From: a virus
Taxonomy: Duplodnaviria; Heunggongvirae; Uroviricota; Caudoviricetes
Reading direction: 5' to 3' (one strand)
Virus record (IMG/VR): IMGVR_UViG_3300044451_000174
Location: 10,722 to 74,721 of that record
Length of the DNA stretch: 64,000 bases
Below the pieces are notes generated by a model. It searched no databases. It was not told the origin of the DNA and was given only the letters and a program-made list of their open reading frames with translations. This document shows, one piece after another, positions 8,751 to 17,311 of this stretch (position 1 is its first letter; every line of letters begins with the position of its first letter). Position numbers and translations under genes: made by a program.

Positions 8751-9423
8751 CGTAGTGGTCGCCCGCGTCGTGAATGTTGTCGCCAAAGTCGTCAATTTCG
8801 ATCCCCAGTCCTTCAAGTTTGGCGAGCGTAGCAAAAAGCTCGCTCAACTTGGTCAGTTCCTGGGGAGTGTTCTTCTTGAAGTGATTGAGAGTTTCCACTC
8901 TGGTGCGGTCGGGTTTCAGAATGCCCCTGACGGCTTCTTTCGCATCTTGCCACCTATCACCGCTGATCAACGACAACAAACCATCACTGCCGTAAACCAT
9001 CGGCGGGCCTTTGATGAAATCCACGATCAACGCGAAAGCGTGTTCACGGACCTTAGCAACCTTGTGAACCCTGACGATGCAGCGGCTTTTCAAGCTCTGG
9101 GCCTTTTCGAGATTGGCCGCGTCTTTGGCGTCGGCCGTCAGTTTGATGAGCAGGTTCTTGTCGGTCGGGTGCTTGTAGACGAGGGCGAAAGTGCCTTTGT
9201 CGTGGTATTCGAGCTTGTCGCCGGGCAAACCCAGAGCCTTGAGGATCTCACTCGGCTCGATTTTGGCGTTCTCGTCGCGCCGGCCGAATACGACATCGGG
9301 GTTGCCGTCGTCCATGCCCATTTCTTGATCAAAATCGTCATCCTCGAAGTCGTCGTCATCGACTCCGTGATCGTCGCCGCCGGTTTTCTTGATTTCGGTA
9401 AGCCAGTGTTTGAAGCTCAACAT
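8728..9423 (-). CDS. hypothetical protein with a strongly acidic N-terminal region (231 aa)
   Basis: ORF with the run DDHGVDDDDFEDDDFDQEMGMDD. Confidence 0.5.
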   Translation of the reverse strand: MLSFKHWLTEIKKTGGDDHGVDDDDFEDDDFDQEMGMDDGNPDVVFGRRDENAKIEPSEILKALGLPGDKLEYHDKGTFALVYKHPTDKNLLIKLTADAKDAANLEKAQSLKSRCIVRVHKVAKVREHAFALIVDFIKGPPMVYGSDGLLSLISGDRWQDAKEAVRGILKPDRTRVETLNHFKKNTPQELTKLSELFATLAKLEGLGIEIDDFGDNIHDAGDHYVMIDLGL

Positions 9424-9455
9424 GCGGGTATTTAGCTTCGGAGCATGGCGTTTGG

Positions 9456-9914
9456 ATGCTAAATACCGACATGAGAGACTTCAAGTTGTGGATCGAAGCG
9501 ATTGAATACCGCCCCGTCAGGAGCATTGCCGAGGCAAAGGTGTTGTCGCGGTCGAGCAGTCTAGACACTGCGGGGATGGATTTCGGCACTATTCAGAAGG
9601 CTCTCGCAGCACGCCGAGAAGTGACGTATCAGGAAATGTTTCCGTTGGCGAGCTTGGCGAACGTACCGGCCGGCGACAAGAAGAAGACTCTGGAAATGAT
9701 GGGAGCTTTCGCCCAGATGTTGGGCCGCGAGGCTCCAGACACGCTGGAACAGTCTCAAGCTCTGGCGGTGCGTGGTCCCGATTTCAGGAAGATGACGCCG
9801 CCAATCATCGTTTACAGCGACGACAGCGGCATTCGGGTTATGGACGGGGTGAGCCGCGTCAATGCGGCGCGGCTGCTAAAAGTGTCGGAACTGCGTGCGT
9901 TCGTGATCAAGTAA
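9456..9914 (+). CDS. hypothetical protein (152 aa), weak ParB-like C-terminus
   Basis: ORF. The DGVSRVNAARLL segment loosely resembles a ParB N-terminal domain. Confidence 0.4.
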   Translation: MLNTDMRDFKLWIEAIEYRPVRSIAEAKVLSRSSSLDTAGMDFGTIQKALAARREVTYQEMFPLASLANVPAGDKKKTLEMMGAFAQMLGREAPDTLEQSQALAVRGPDFRKMTPPIIVYSDDSGIRVMDGVSRVNAARLLKVSELRAFVIK

Positions 9915-10012
9915 ACTCTCGACCGGCGTGGGCAATTACATCTTGTTGGGGGCCGGCTGGATTCTATCCACGAGTGTCATCTCCCCATCTTGGACTCGAC
10001 CGTAATGGTCGA

Positions 10013-10540
10013 TTACGCTTTCATCTTCTCGCCGTACTTGTCGCGGAGTTCGTTGAACAGTTTCGCGACTTTTTCCACGGCCTCTTTATCTTCGGGATCG
10101 ACCACCTTGAGGATGTCCCTCATCCGCAGCGACTGCTCGAAGAAGTAGTTGCGGAGCAGCATGGTTCGTTCGGCGTTCTCGGCCTTAGCGATCTCTTCCG
10201 GGGTAAGCCCGCGTTCGTAAGCTTCTCGCCAGTTCTGGCTGTCGAACTCCATCAGATCCGCGCACATGTCGAGCTTGCTGGCGATGTAGTCCGGGGCGGT
10301 ATAAACCTCTCGCCCCTCGTAGACTTGCCAGCCTTTGCAGGGGAAGCCGGCCCTCTCGAACAGGCCGAGAGCCTGTTCGAGAGTCAGCGAAGGATTGCGC
10401 CAGTTGCGTTCGACGCCGGCCACGGTGATCGGCGGGAAGTCGTGATCGACCGCCCGGAACGCTTGGTTCAGACGAACGAGTTGATCTTCGTTCGGGATCG
10501 GCCCGGTGAAGAAGATCTCGGTGTAGTACCACTGGCCCAT
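10013..10540 (-). CDS. hypothetical protein (175 aa)
   Basis: Start chosen at the internal Met MGQWYY, which has an AAGAGG-like ribosome-binding site. The N-terminal part of the longer ORF overlaps the neighbouring gene. Confidence 0.45.
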   Translation of the reverse strand: MGQWYYTEIFFTGPIPNEDQLVRLNQAFRAVDHDFPPITVAGVERNWRNPSLTLEQALGLFERAGFPCKGWQVYEGREVYTAPDYIASKLDMCADLMEFDSQNWREAYERGLTPEEIAKAENAERTMLLRNYFFEQSLRMRDILKVVDPEDKEAVEKVAKLFNELRDKYGEKMKA

Positions 10541-10545
10541 AACAG

Positions 10546-10926
10546 CTACCTCTTTTTGGCGACCTTCTTGACTGAGTTGGTCGGCTTCTTCCTCGCCTTC
10601 GCGTTCTTGGGCGAGCCGTCCAGTTCGTTGATTGTAGGCCCGACGAGCCGCTTCTTGATCTCTTCTCGCCACCAATTGGCGATTTGTTCGTCGTGTTCGC
10701 TGCCGTCTCCCTCGAACCCGAACCGCACGAGGGAATCGTTGCCGATACCGTACTCGGCCGCGAGGACGCGACAGGTTTTCTTTTTGGTGCGGGCGAGTTG
10801 GCCCATGATGCAGTTCTGGTTCGAGAACATCTTGATCTCGTCCGGCTTGATCTTCCCGGCCCAACCGGGCCAGTGATCGTCCAACAGGTTCGCGCCGGCT
10901 TGAACGTGCTTTTGTGTCGTCTTCAT
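10546..10926 (-). CDS. hypothetical protein with a basic C-terminus (126 aa)
   Basis: Start at MKTTQK, which has an AAGGTG ribosome-binding site. A promoter-motif hairpin lies upstream. Confidence 0.45.
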   Translation of the reverse strand: MKTTQKHVQAGANLLDDHWPGWAGKIKPDEIKMFSNQNCIMGQLARTKKKTCRVLAAEYGIGNDSLVRFGFEGDGSEHDEQIANWWREEIKKRLVGPTINELDGSPKNAKARKKPTNSVKKVAKKR

Positions 10927-10943
10927 GAGGCACCTTTGAGTTA

Positions 10944-10974
10944 GGGACACCGGCAGTATAGACGCCGGTGTCCC
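10944..10974. promoter_or_regulatory. hairpin with an 11-bp stem whose loop carries the recurring motif cagtatagac
   Basis: gggacaccggc, loop agtatagac, gccggtgtccc. It lies between two minus-strand genes. Confidence 0.5.
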
Positions 10975-10982
10975 TTCGGGAT

Positions 10983-11483
10983 TCAAGAACCACTTTCCGG
11001 TTGGGCTTCGGCCGCTTGTTTGGCCTTAAAGATCTCTTCATCGGACTTGTTGAACTGACCGAGCCAGTCTTCCAGAACGTGCTTCCAGTCAACGTCCCTG
11101 TTGCAGACGACGCGGATACCGAGGAGCAGCTTTTCGAGAATCTCGATGGTGTCTTTGACTGCCGCCATCTCCGAGTTCTCGTTCATGGCCCCTTCAGCCA
11201 TTACCCCGGAATTTTCGAGTTTGGCGACGTGGTGCTTGGCGGCGTTGAGTTCGGTCTGGAGATAGGCTTCGGCCTTGCCGAGCATGAACTCCATACGCAT
11301 TCCGGCCCATCGGAAGCGGCGCGACTCCCGCTTGGCTTCGGAAAGTGCGAATTCGAGTTCCCCTTTCTTGTGGCCGAGTTCGGTTTGCCAGCGGCGGAAC
11401 TCATCGACGTTTGCGAAGCCGAGTCCCTTCGCGACTTCTTCTTCGCTGACGATCTCGCCGTGCATTTTGCCTGCTTTGGACAT
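10983..11483 (-). CDS. hypothetical protein (166 aa)
   Basis: Start chosen at MSKAGK, immediately downstream of a 17-bp hairpin. Confidence 0.45.
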   Translation of the reverse strand: MSKAGKMHGEIVSEEEVAKGLGFANVDEFRRWQTELGHKKGELEFALSEAKRESRRFRWAGMRMEFMLGKAEAYLQTELNAAKHHVAKLENSGVMAEGAMNENSEMAAVKDTIEILEKLLLGIRVVCNRDVDWKHVLEDWLGQFNKSDEEIFKAKQAAEAQPESGS

Positions 11484-11488
11484 GACGA

Positions 11489-11530
11489 TCCCCCGTAAGT
11501 TGGCTCCATTGTAAGCCAACTTACGGGGGA
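11489..11530. promoter_or_regulatory. perfect 17-bp stem hairpin between two minus-strand genes
   Basis: Stem tcccccgtaagttggct, loop ccattgta, stem agccaacttacggggga. The G-rich arm overlaps the likely ribosome-binding site of the downstream gene. Confidence 0.5.
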
Positions 11531-11538
11531 TGTGAAGA

Positions 11539-11868
11539 TTACTTTTGTGTTGCTTTGACGTATTCGTTCCAAGATTCGGCGTCGGCCTCGCTCCAATCCG
11601 GCTCGTCCAACGTCCATTCCACCGGCTTGAGCAGGAAGACTTGGAAGTCGGACGGCTGAGTCTTCTCCAAGTCACAGGGGTCGTCGTAGCACGGCCTGAG
11701 ATAGTAGGCGGGCCAGCCGGTGTCGTTGTACTCCTTGTTTCGCTCGTCCACGTTGTAGACGCGGCTGCCACGGTACTTGACGACGAAGAACCTGTTGGCC
11801 TCGACGTACTTCTTCAGCCGCGCGACCAGTTCATCGGTCCACATGATTCGCCTCATTGGGGAAACCAC
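11539..11868 (-). CDS. hypothetical protein (109 aa)
   Basis: ORF. Confidence 0.45.
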   Translation of the reverse strand: MVSPMRRIMWTDELVARLKKYVEANRFFVVKYRGSRVYNVDERNKEYNDTGWPAYYLRPCYDDPCDLEKTQPSDFQVFLLKPVEWTLDEPDWSEADAESWNEYVKATQK

Positions 11869-11885
11869 ATGCCCCCAATATAGAC

Positions 11886-12062
11886 CTATTCCTCGTCCTT
11901 CAGCACTTCTTCGGCGAGTTTTTGGAGGCTTTTGTCGATGTCAACCGCGTGCGAGCTACAGTCGTACTTGCACTCGGAACACTCGCACCAGTGAAAATTG
12001 CCGAAGTTGAGGATGCGGTCTTTGAGTTCTTCGATTTGTTCGGGCGTCAGATTGAGTTTCAT
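11886..12062 (-). CDS. small Cys-rich putative zinc-ribbon protein (58 aa)
   Basis: Begins MKLNLTPEQ and contains HWCECSECKYDC. ATGA overlap with the upstream gene. Confidence 0.45.
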   Translation of the reverse strand: MKLNLTPEQIEELKDRILNFGNFHWCECSECKYDCSSHAVDIDKSLQKLAEEVLKDEE

Positions 12063-12524
12063 TGTTGTTTCCAGAGTGAGAACCAGTCTTTGTCTTCGTC
12101 CGTGTTGGTATCGTACAGACACAGTTCGACCACTTGTCCGAGCCACTTCTGGCGGAAGGGCAGGTAAAGGGCGTGGTCGTAGACCCGTTCGGTTCCCATC
12201 AGTTCCGTCTTCTTCTGATTGCGGCTGATGGGGTAAGTGTTGGTCTTCGTCTCGAAGTGGCTCTCCATGTAGAGGCTTTGCTCGACGTAGTGTTCGTAGG
12301 TCGGGCATTCGATTTTTGTGCGAACGACGCCGGGCAGAGTCGCGGCCAGTTCGAGTGTCTTGGCGAGACACTCTTGGTAGCCGCTACACTTAATGACTTG
12401 CGAAGTCATGTGTTCGATGCGGAGCAGCGTGAAGTCCGGCTTGAGCAACTCGACGGTAATGGTTTTAAGGCCCAAGTTGTGAATGCGTTCGTCCCCGGCG
12501 ATGTGGACCTCGAAGATTTCCATG
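12059..12524 (-). CDS. hypothetical protein (155 aa)
   Basis: Start chosen at MEIFEVHIAGDE. Confidence 0.45.
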
Positions 12525-12731
12525 TTAGCCTCGGCGATACTTGTTCTTGTTGTTGGGGCTGTTACGGCCGACATGGTAAGTACCGCACCAGCCGCAGAAA
12601 TAGACGTGGCCCTTGTAAGAAGGATCGAGTCGAAGGAGGCTGCGGAGTTGTGCTTCCGCAGCCCCTTCCGAGTGACAGTGTTTGCCGGTGTGACGACACC
12701 GTTTCACAGCCTCTCTCCCGTTCCGTTGCAT
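12525..12731 (-). CDS. small zinc-finger protein, paralog A (68 aa)
   Basis: CRHTGKHC, then FCGWCGTYHVGR. Paralogous to 13164..13538. Confidence 0.5.
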   Translation of the reverse strand: MQRNGREAVKRCRHTGKHCHSEGAAEAQLRSLLRLDPSYKGHVYFCGWCGTYHVGRNSPNNKNKYRRG

Positions 12732-13333
12732 TCACCGCACTTCGGGGAACCCCACGGGTGCGCGGGCGAGCCGACGCCGCTGCCGTCGCACGCCGAACAC
12801 ACGGTCAGTTGGAACTTGCCGACGAGGTTGGCGAACACTTGGAGGTGATCGACCAGTTCGTCTTCTGGCATCTTGTCGAGGTCTTTACCGCCGGTCCTGC
12901 GAATGCTCGTGTGCGCCACGTCGGGCGGGAACGGGGCGGCGTTGAGCATGACCGTGTACGTCGTGGTGAGCGGGACCACCGAGTGCCACGTCAGCGGGTT
13001 GACGATCTCGTAGGCCGAGTGTTCCCGCAGAATGAACTCGGCGACCTGTCCGGGCGATTCGTCGGTGCGATCCTTGCTGAAACCCACCTTCATCCGGTAG
13101 GCACCCTGAAGGATGATGAAGGCACCGGGCCACGGGTGCGGGTGTGCGAACGCTTCGTGCGTGTCACACGGGTTGAACTTGTGGAGACAGATCCGATCCC
13201 CATTCTCCAGAGTCGTGAAGACCCGGTAAGTGTGGGGTTTCCGGCGGTTGACAATCAAGCTGTCCCACTTGCTCCGGTCCTTCAGTAAGGCCGGTAATGT
13301 AGATCGTAATGCGTGATCGAGTGAGTCTAACAC
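12704..13333 (-). CDS. cupin-like domain protein with C-terminal DnaJ-type CxxCxGxG zinc finger (209 aa)
   Basis: HPHPWPGAFIILQG and NPLTWHSV are cupin-like motifs. CSACDGSG and CGECNGTG are DnaJ-type repeats. The true start is uncertain because of the overlap with 13164..13538. Confidence 0.5.
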   Translation of the reverse strand: MLDSLDHALRSTLPALLKDRSKWDSLIVNRRKPHTYRVFTTLENGDRICLHKFNPCDTHEAFAHPHPWPGAFIILQGAYRMKVGFSKDRTDESPGQVAEFILREHSAYEIVNPLTWHSVVPLTTTYTVMLNAAPFPPDVAHTSIRRTGGKDLDKMPEDELVDHLQVFANLVGKFQLTVCSACDGSGVGSPAHPWGSPKCGECNGTGERL

Positions 13334-13538
13334 GTTTCTTCCTCTCCTTCTTCTTCATGAGTTTGTTGCGAACGGTACGCCGGCCCAGTCGTCCGACGTG
13401 AAAGAATCCGCAGAATGCACAGACGCAAACGTGTCCGTTATACCCCTTAGCGCGTTTCAGAGAACTCAGTGCTTGCCGTGCTTGGTTTTCAGAGGTATGA
13501 GACACTTTCCCGTTTTCGGTACAGTATCTCTCCTGCAT
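13164..13538 (-). CDS. small zinc-finger protein, paralog B (C-terminal extent uncertain)
   Basis: MQERYCTENGKVSH, then GHVCVCAFCGFFHVGR, aligns with 12525..12731. It overlaps the next gene by about 170 nt. Confidence 0.4.
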   Translation of the reverse strand: MQERYCTENGKVSHTSENQARQALSSLKRAKGYNGHVCVCAFCGFFHVGRLGRRTVRNKLMKKKERKKRVRLTRSRITIYITGLTEGPEQVGQLDCQPPETPHLPGLHDSGEWGSDLSPQVQPV

Positions 13539-13567
13539 GTGGCACCTCGGTCAAATTGACTCCTCGG

Positions 13568-14755
13568 TTAAGTGACACCCAGTATCCTTTTGGCTTCGTA
13601 CCAGTCGCCCTCGTTATCCCCGGCCAGACCTTCGCGAACCCGCTTCTCGTAAAGCTGGTGTGCCATCTTCGCGATTTCTGCGGTCCTGTCGGCTTGGCCA
13701 AGATTCGATTTGGCTTCGTCCAGAGACAGTCCTTGTTCGTGGAACTCTTTGAGCCGGAAGATCTGGTCGAGGTTCAACCCCTCACTGCTCTCGGCCCATT
13801 GCTTCGGCAACAATTTCATCCGCGTTTGCAGATCGGGACACTTGAACTCACGGACGAACTTGAAGCGGCTCGGACGGTTTTTGAGCGCGTGATCGACTTT
13901 CGTTATGTCGTTAACGGTCATCACGAAAAAACAGTTCTCGTAGGTATTGTAGACCCCGTCCAGCCCATTGAGAATCTGATCAAACGTGAACTTGATGCTG
14001 TGGTTCTCGGTTCCGAGGATGCACCGCCGGCCGTCGAAGTAGTTGTCGAAGTCCTCGAACAGTACGATGCACCGGCTGCTGATCTGGCTAAAAATCCCCA
14101 TCACATCGAAGTTACTGAAGTCCGGTGTGAACGTGATAATCTTGATCGGCACCCGGTACTTGGTCGCCAGATACTTGATGAAGAACGTCTTGTTGTTACC
14201 GGGCGGGCCGTAGATCAACGCGCCACTCTTCTGCTTCTTCCCAGAGAACACTTCGGCCGCATCCTTCTCGATGTCTTCCCACAGTTGCGGGTCCAGAGCG
14301 GGCTGCGGGGGCGTCCCTTTGATGAGGCCGATCATGTCCGTGTAGTTGGGCATGATGACTTCGGCCGGGACGCCCAGACTGTTCATCTGGATCTCTTTGA
14401 TCTTGAAGTCGAGGTACTGTTTGACGCGGGCGGCACGCCAACGTAAACAGGTCAGATGCGTCACGCTGTCCTTGCCGTGCCACCCCGCCGTCAGCAACCG
14501 TTCGCCGTGGTTGAGGTAGAACCACGGGCAGCCCTCGAAGAAGCAGAGGGCGCGGAACTCGACGGGGTACTTAGCTTCGGTGATGAACTCTTCGCTGATG
14601 ATGAACTTCCGGTGGCCCGGTCGTTTGGAGATCTCGTACAGCGTCTTGAACGTGCGGGCGTCGAGACGGATCGTTATTGATCCGGCGTAGCGGAACAGCA
14701 CCCACACGCTCGCGAGGACGCCGAGGATTGCACCGAGCCAGCCGAGCCAGTTCAT
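13568..14755 (-). CDS. AAA+ ATPase with N-terminal transmembrane anchor (BCS1-like organisation)
   Basis: Walker A motif LIYGPPGNNKT. Hydrophobic N-terminus MNWLGWLGAILGVLASVWVLF. Confidence 0.7.
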   Translation of the reverse strand: MNWLGWLGAILGVLASVWVLFRYAGSITIRLDARTFKTLYEISKRPGHRKFIISEEFITEAKYPVEFRALCFFEGCPWFYLNHGERLLTAGWHGKDSVTHLTCLRWRAARVKQYLDFKIKEIQMNSLGVPAEVIMPNYTDMIGLIKGTPPQPALDPQLWEDIEKDAAEVFSGKKQKSGALIYGPPGNNKTFFIKYLATKYRVPIKIITFTPDFSNFDVMGIFSQISSRCIVLFEDFDNYFDGRRCILGTENHSIKFTFDQILNGLDGVYNTYENCFFVMTVNDITKVDHALKNRPSRFKFVREFKCPDLQTRMKLLPKQWAESSEGLNLDQIFRLKEFHEQGLSLDEAKSNLGQADRTAEIAKMAHQLYEKRVREGLAGDNEGDWYEAKRILGVT

Positions 14756-15270
14756 TTCTTGTCTCCGTCAAAGGCTTTGAGGGCGGCTTCGTCCAGACAG
14801 TAGACGACGGTCGGATTCGGGTTGATCTCGACCTTCCAATTCGTCAGCTTCGGCGCACCTTCACAACGGTGGTTGTGGCTGATGATTACCATGCCGCCTT
14901 CGTGCCGGGTGTACTTGGTCTTCCCGCACTGAATCTCGCGAGCGATCTGGAGGCGTTGCGGAGTCGGCAGGAGTTCGACCGGGCAGCAGACCGTACAGAA
15001 ATCCTTGCGATATTTGCCGTGCGGCAGTCGCGGATCGTTGAAAGCGACGGTCTTCGGGCCGAGGACCGCGACTTGGATCGGCCAAGTGATTTCCTTCTTT
15101 TCGAGAAGGTCTTCGATGTCTTCGTGGTAGAAGTTCACGACATCGGCGTAGCTGCCGTCCGCGAGCCTGACCGAGAAGCAGTTGTTGAAGCCGAGGAGGG
15201 TGCAGCTTTCGATGTTGACGGCTTCGGCCGTTTGGAAGTCGCAGCCTTCGGGGACGAACTCTGTTCCCAT
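14752..15270 (-). CDS. hypothetical Cys-containing protein (172 aa)
   Basis: ORF. ATGA overlap with the ATPase gene. Confidence 0.5.
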   Translation of the reverse strand: MGTEFVPEGCDFQTAEAVNIESCTLLGFNNCFSVRLADGSYADVVNFYHEDIEDLLEKKEITWPIQVAVLGPKTVAFNDPRLPHGKYRKDFCTVCCPVELLPTPQRLQIAREIQCGKTKYTRHEGGMVIISHNHRCEGAPKLTNWKVEINPNPTVVYCLDEAALKAFDGDKK

Positions 15271-15461
15271 TTGTGTCTCCGGTTAAAGAAAATGCCAGCA
15301 GGCCAACCGAAGTCGCCTGCTGGCATTACGGACGGGTGCGCACCCGCTACGGCACCGCCTGCCGCCCGCTGACTTCCCCAAAGTGCCAACGATGCCCTAC
15401 TTCGTCGGTTAAACCGCTTTTCGGGACAACATCCCACGCCAGCGAAATGGGACTAGGGGCT

Positions 15462-15836
15462 TCACTTGTCTTTCTTGTTCACCTTGATCGTGTCTTCCGG
15501 CGGCGAACCCGTCTTCATGTCTTTGGCCTGATCCAACCCACGGTAGTACCCGGCATGCCAGAGTTGGTTGCCCTCGTACTCGTTCGGCTTCTGGCCGGTG
15601 ATCACCGCGAGCATGCCTTCGATCTTGCCGTTCTGCCGCGCGAGTTCGAGAGTGTTCTCGGTCTGCCGCTGGTACATCGTCATGGTGAAGTCGTTCATCT
15701 GCTGCTGTTGCAGCTTGTCCTTCTGGTCGATCAGCAGGACCGCCTGTTGCAGCCGGTCGTTCTGGTGCCGCTGGTACAGGTTGTAGCCGACCGAACACAG
15801 AAGGATCGCGACCACTGCCCACGTCGTCTTGTTCAT
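15462..15836 (-). CDS. membrane-anchored hypothetical protein (124 aa)
   Basis: Start at MNKTTWAVVAILLCSVGY, which has an AAGGAAAA ribosome-binding site. One N-terminal transmembrane segment. Confidence 0.5.
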   Translation of the reverse strand: MNKTTWAVVAILLCSVGYNLYQRHQNDRLQQAVLLIDQKDKLQQQQMNDFTMTMYQRQTENTLELARQNGKIEGMLAVITGQKPNEYEGNQLWHAGYYRGLDQAKDMKTGSPPEDTIKVNKKDK

Positions 15837-15895
15837 GGCTTTTCCTTGAAAGGGGTGTATCGACAGCAAGATACTACCGCTTTTCTTTATCTGCG

Positions 15896-16492
15896 TCAAG
15901 CCTTCTTGGGCTGGCCGGTCTTCGGGTCGTAAACCGTCATCGCGTCCAGAACTTCGAGACGGTCTTCGGCCCGGAGCCGTTCGATCCATTCGATGGCGAA
16001 CTGTGCGGGGGTCATGTCGTTCGCGCCGTGCATGTGGAGCATGTCGCGGTTCTCGTGCCAGTACCCCGCCATAAGCTGCGACGACGGTTCGGGGACGTAC
16101 AGGTTGGTCTTCGCGACGTGGACGCCCGCGTGGATGTGTTCGATCCACAGGTTGAGGTCGCTGGCGTCTTCCGGCGCGATGATCTCGAAGTACAGCACCT
16201 TCAGTTTGTCGTAGCATCGTGGAATCTGTTGAATGACTTCAGCGATGGACGGCTTGAAGAAGCCCTGATAGCCGAAGGTGTGAACCGTCCACAGTCGGTC
16301 GAGAACGTAAAGGTCGCCCTTGTACGGTTTCTCTTTGGCGTCCCATGTGTACGACTGGTTGAACAGGTCGGCCTTGTGTTCCAACAGGAACGCTTTGTTC
16401 CCCTTGAGTCTGATCGGTAGGAACTTCTTGGCTAGTTCCGTTACCTGTTCATCCGTAGTGGTGTGGGGAACCTTGAAGGGGGGCATTGACAT
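15896..16492 (-). CDS. hypothetical protein (about 198 aa)
   Basis: Start chosen at MSMPPFK, which has a GGAG ribosome-binding site. The longer ORF would begin at 16537. Confidence 0.45.
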   Translation of the reverse strand: MSMPPFKVPHTTTDEQVTELAKKFLPIRLKGNKAFLLEHKADLFNQSYTWDAKEKPYKGDLYVLDRLWTVHTFGYQGFFKPSIAEVIQQIPRCYDKLKVLYFEIIAPEDASDLNLWIEHIHAGVHVAKTNLYVPEPSSQLMAGYWHENRDMLHMHGANDMTPAQFAIEWIERLRAEDRLEVLDAMTVYDPKTGQPKKA

Positions 16493-16784
16493 TGGAAACT
16501 CCGTCTTGGGGTTTGGGTTCTTCGGGCTTCTGACCACGGGGCCGGAACGGGGTCTTGCCGTCGTTATAGGCGTCGGCTTGGGCGAACGAACTCAATCCGG
16601 GCTGGAATTCGCACCGGAAGTTGAACAAGTGCGTTGTGCCTTGTGGAGCTTCTTTCTTGAGAAGCTCCATCATGTCTTTGACGGCGCGGATGGTAGCCGC
16701 CGTTGTCTCGAAGTCGTGCGAGATGACGACCATGCCGAGCGGTTTGAAGTCCGGGTTAACGCAGTTCTGGGTGACGACGATCAT
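16449..16784 (-). CDS. hypothetical protein (111 aa)
   Basis: ORF. Confidence 0.45.
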   Translation of the reverse strand: MIVVTQNCVNPDFKPLGMVVISHDFETTAATIRAVKDMMELLKKEAPQGTTHLFNFRCEFQPGLSSFAQADAYNDGKTPFRPRGQKPEEPKPQDGVSNVNAPLQGSPHHYG

Positions 16785-17311
16785 TTTGACGTTTCCTTTT
16801 TGAGTAGCCGCCGAACGCGGCTGATTTCTTTGTCCGAGTGTACCACGCCGCCCGCGTTGAAGTCAATGTACCACTGGAGAACGTCGGCCCGCGTCCGCAG
16901 ATCGTTGACGTTGATCTTCATCGTGTTGACGAGGCGGATGCTGTCGGTGTACTCGCGGTAGTAGGAGCCGAACGCCTTGATCTCATTGTTGATGAACTTG
17001 CGGAACGCTTCGACCCGTTGCTTGCCGTCAACGATGACGAAATCGTTGTAGCCCTTCTCGTTGTTGAAGTGCCAGTTCGGGTTGTTGAGGTAAATGACGC
17101 GGCCGGTCTTGCCGCCGCGCAAGAAGAACTCAACGAACGCGACCCGCTGCTTGTCGGACCAGACGTGTCCCCTCTGGAAGTCGGGGTCCAAATCCAGACC
17201 TTGTTCAACGAAGTCGTTGATGGTGCTGATCAGGCTTTCCGGCGAGACATCGACCTCGTAAGAGCCGTGCCGCACGAACTGCGGGATGTCGCGGAACTTC
17301 GTGATCTTCAT
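16781..17311 (-). CDS. DUF262 / ParB-like nuclease domain protein (GmrSD N-terminal type)
   Basis: DPDFQRGHVW and FVIVDGKQRVEAF match the DUF262 signature pair, a QR motif followed by a DGQQR-like motif. Confidence 0.55.
   Translation of the reverse strand: MKITKFRDIPQFVRHGSYEVDVSPESLISTINDFVEQGLDLDPDFQRGHVWSDKQRVAFVEFFLRGGKTGRVIYLNNPNWHFNNEKGYNDFVIVDGKQRVEAFRKFINNEIKAFGSYYREYTDSIRLVNTMKINVNDLRTRADVLQWYIDFNAGGVVHSDKEISRVRRLLKKETSK

Noticed and set aside
9974-10876. 300-aa plus-strand ORF
   Set aside because: Antisense to two minus-strand genes that have ribosome-binding sites and a promoter motif. The translation lacks features.
12134-13288. 384-aa plus-strand ORF across the zinc-finger and cupin gene region
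   Set aside because: Antisense to well-supported minus-strand genes. The translation is low-complexity Arg/Gly/Val-rich, as expected for an open antisense frame in high-GC DNA.
13469-14446. 325-aa plus-strand ORF antisense to the AAA+ ATPase gene
   Set aside because: The minus strand carries a clear Walker A ATPase. The plus-frame translation has no motif and GC-frame-like composition.
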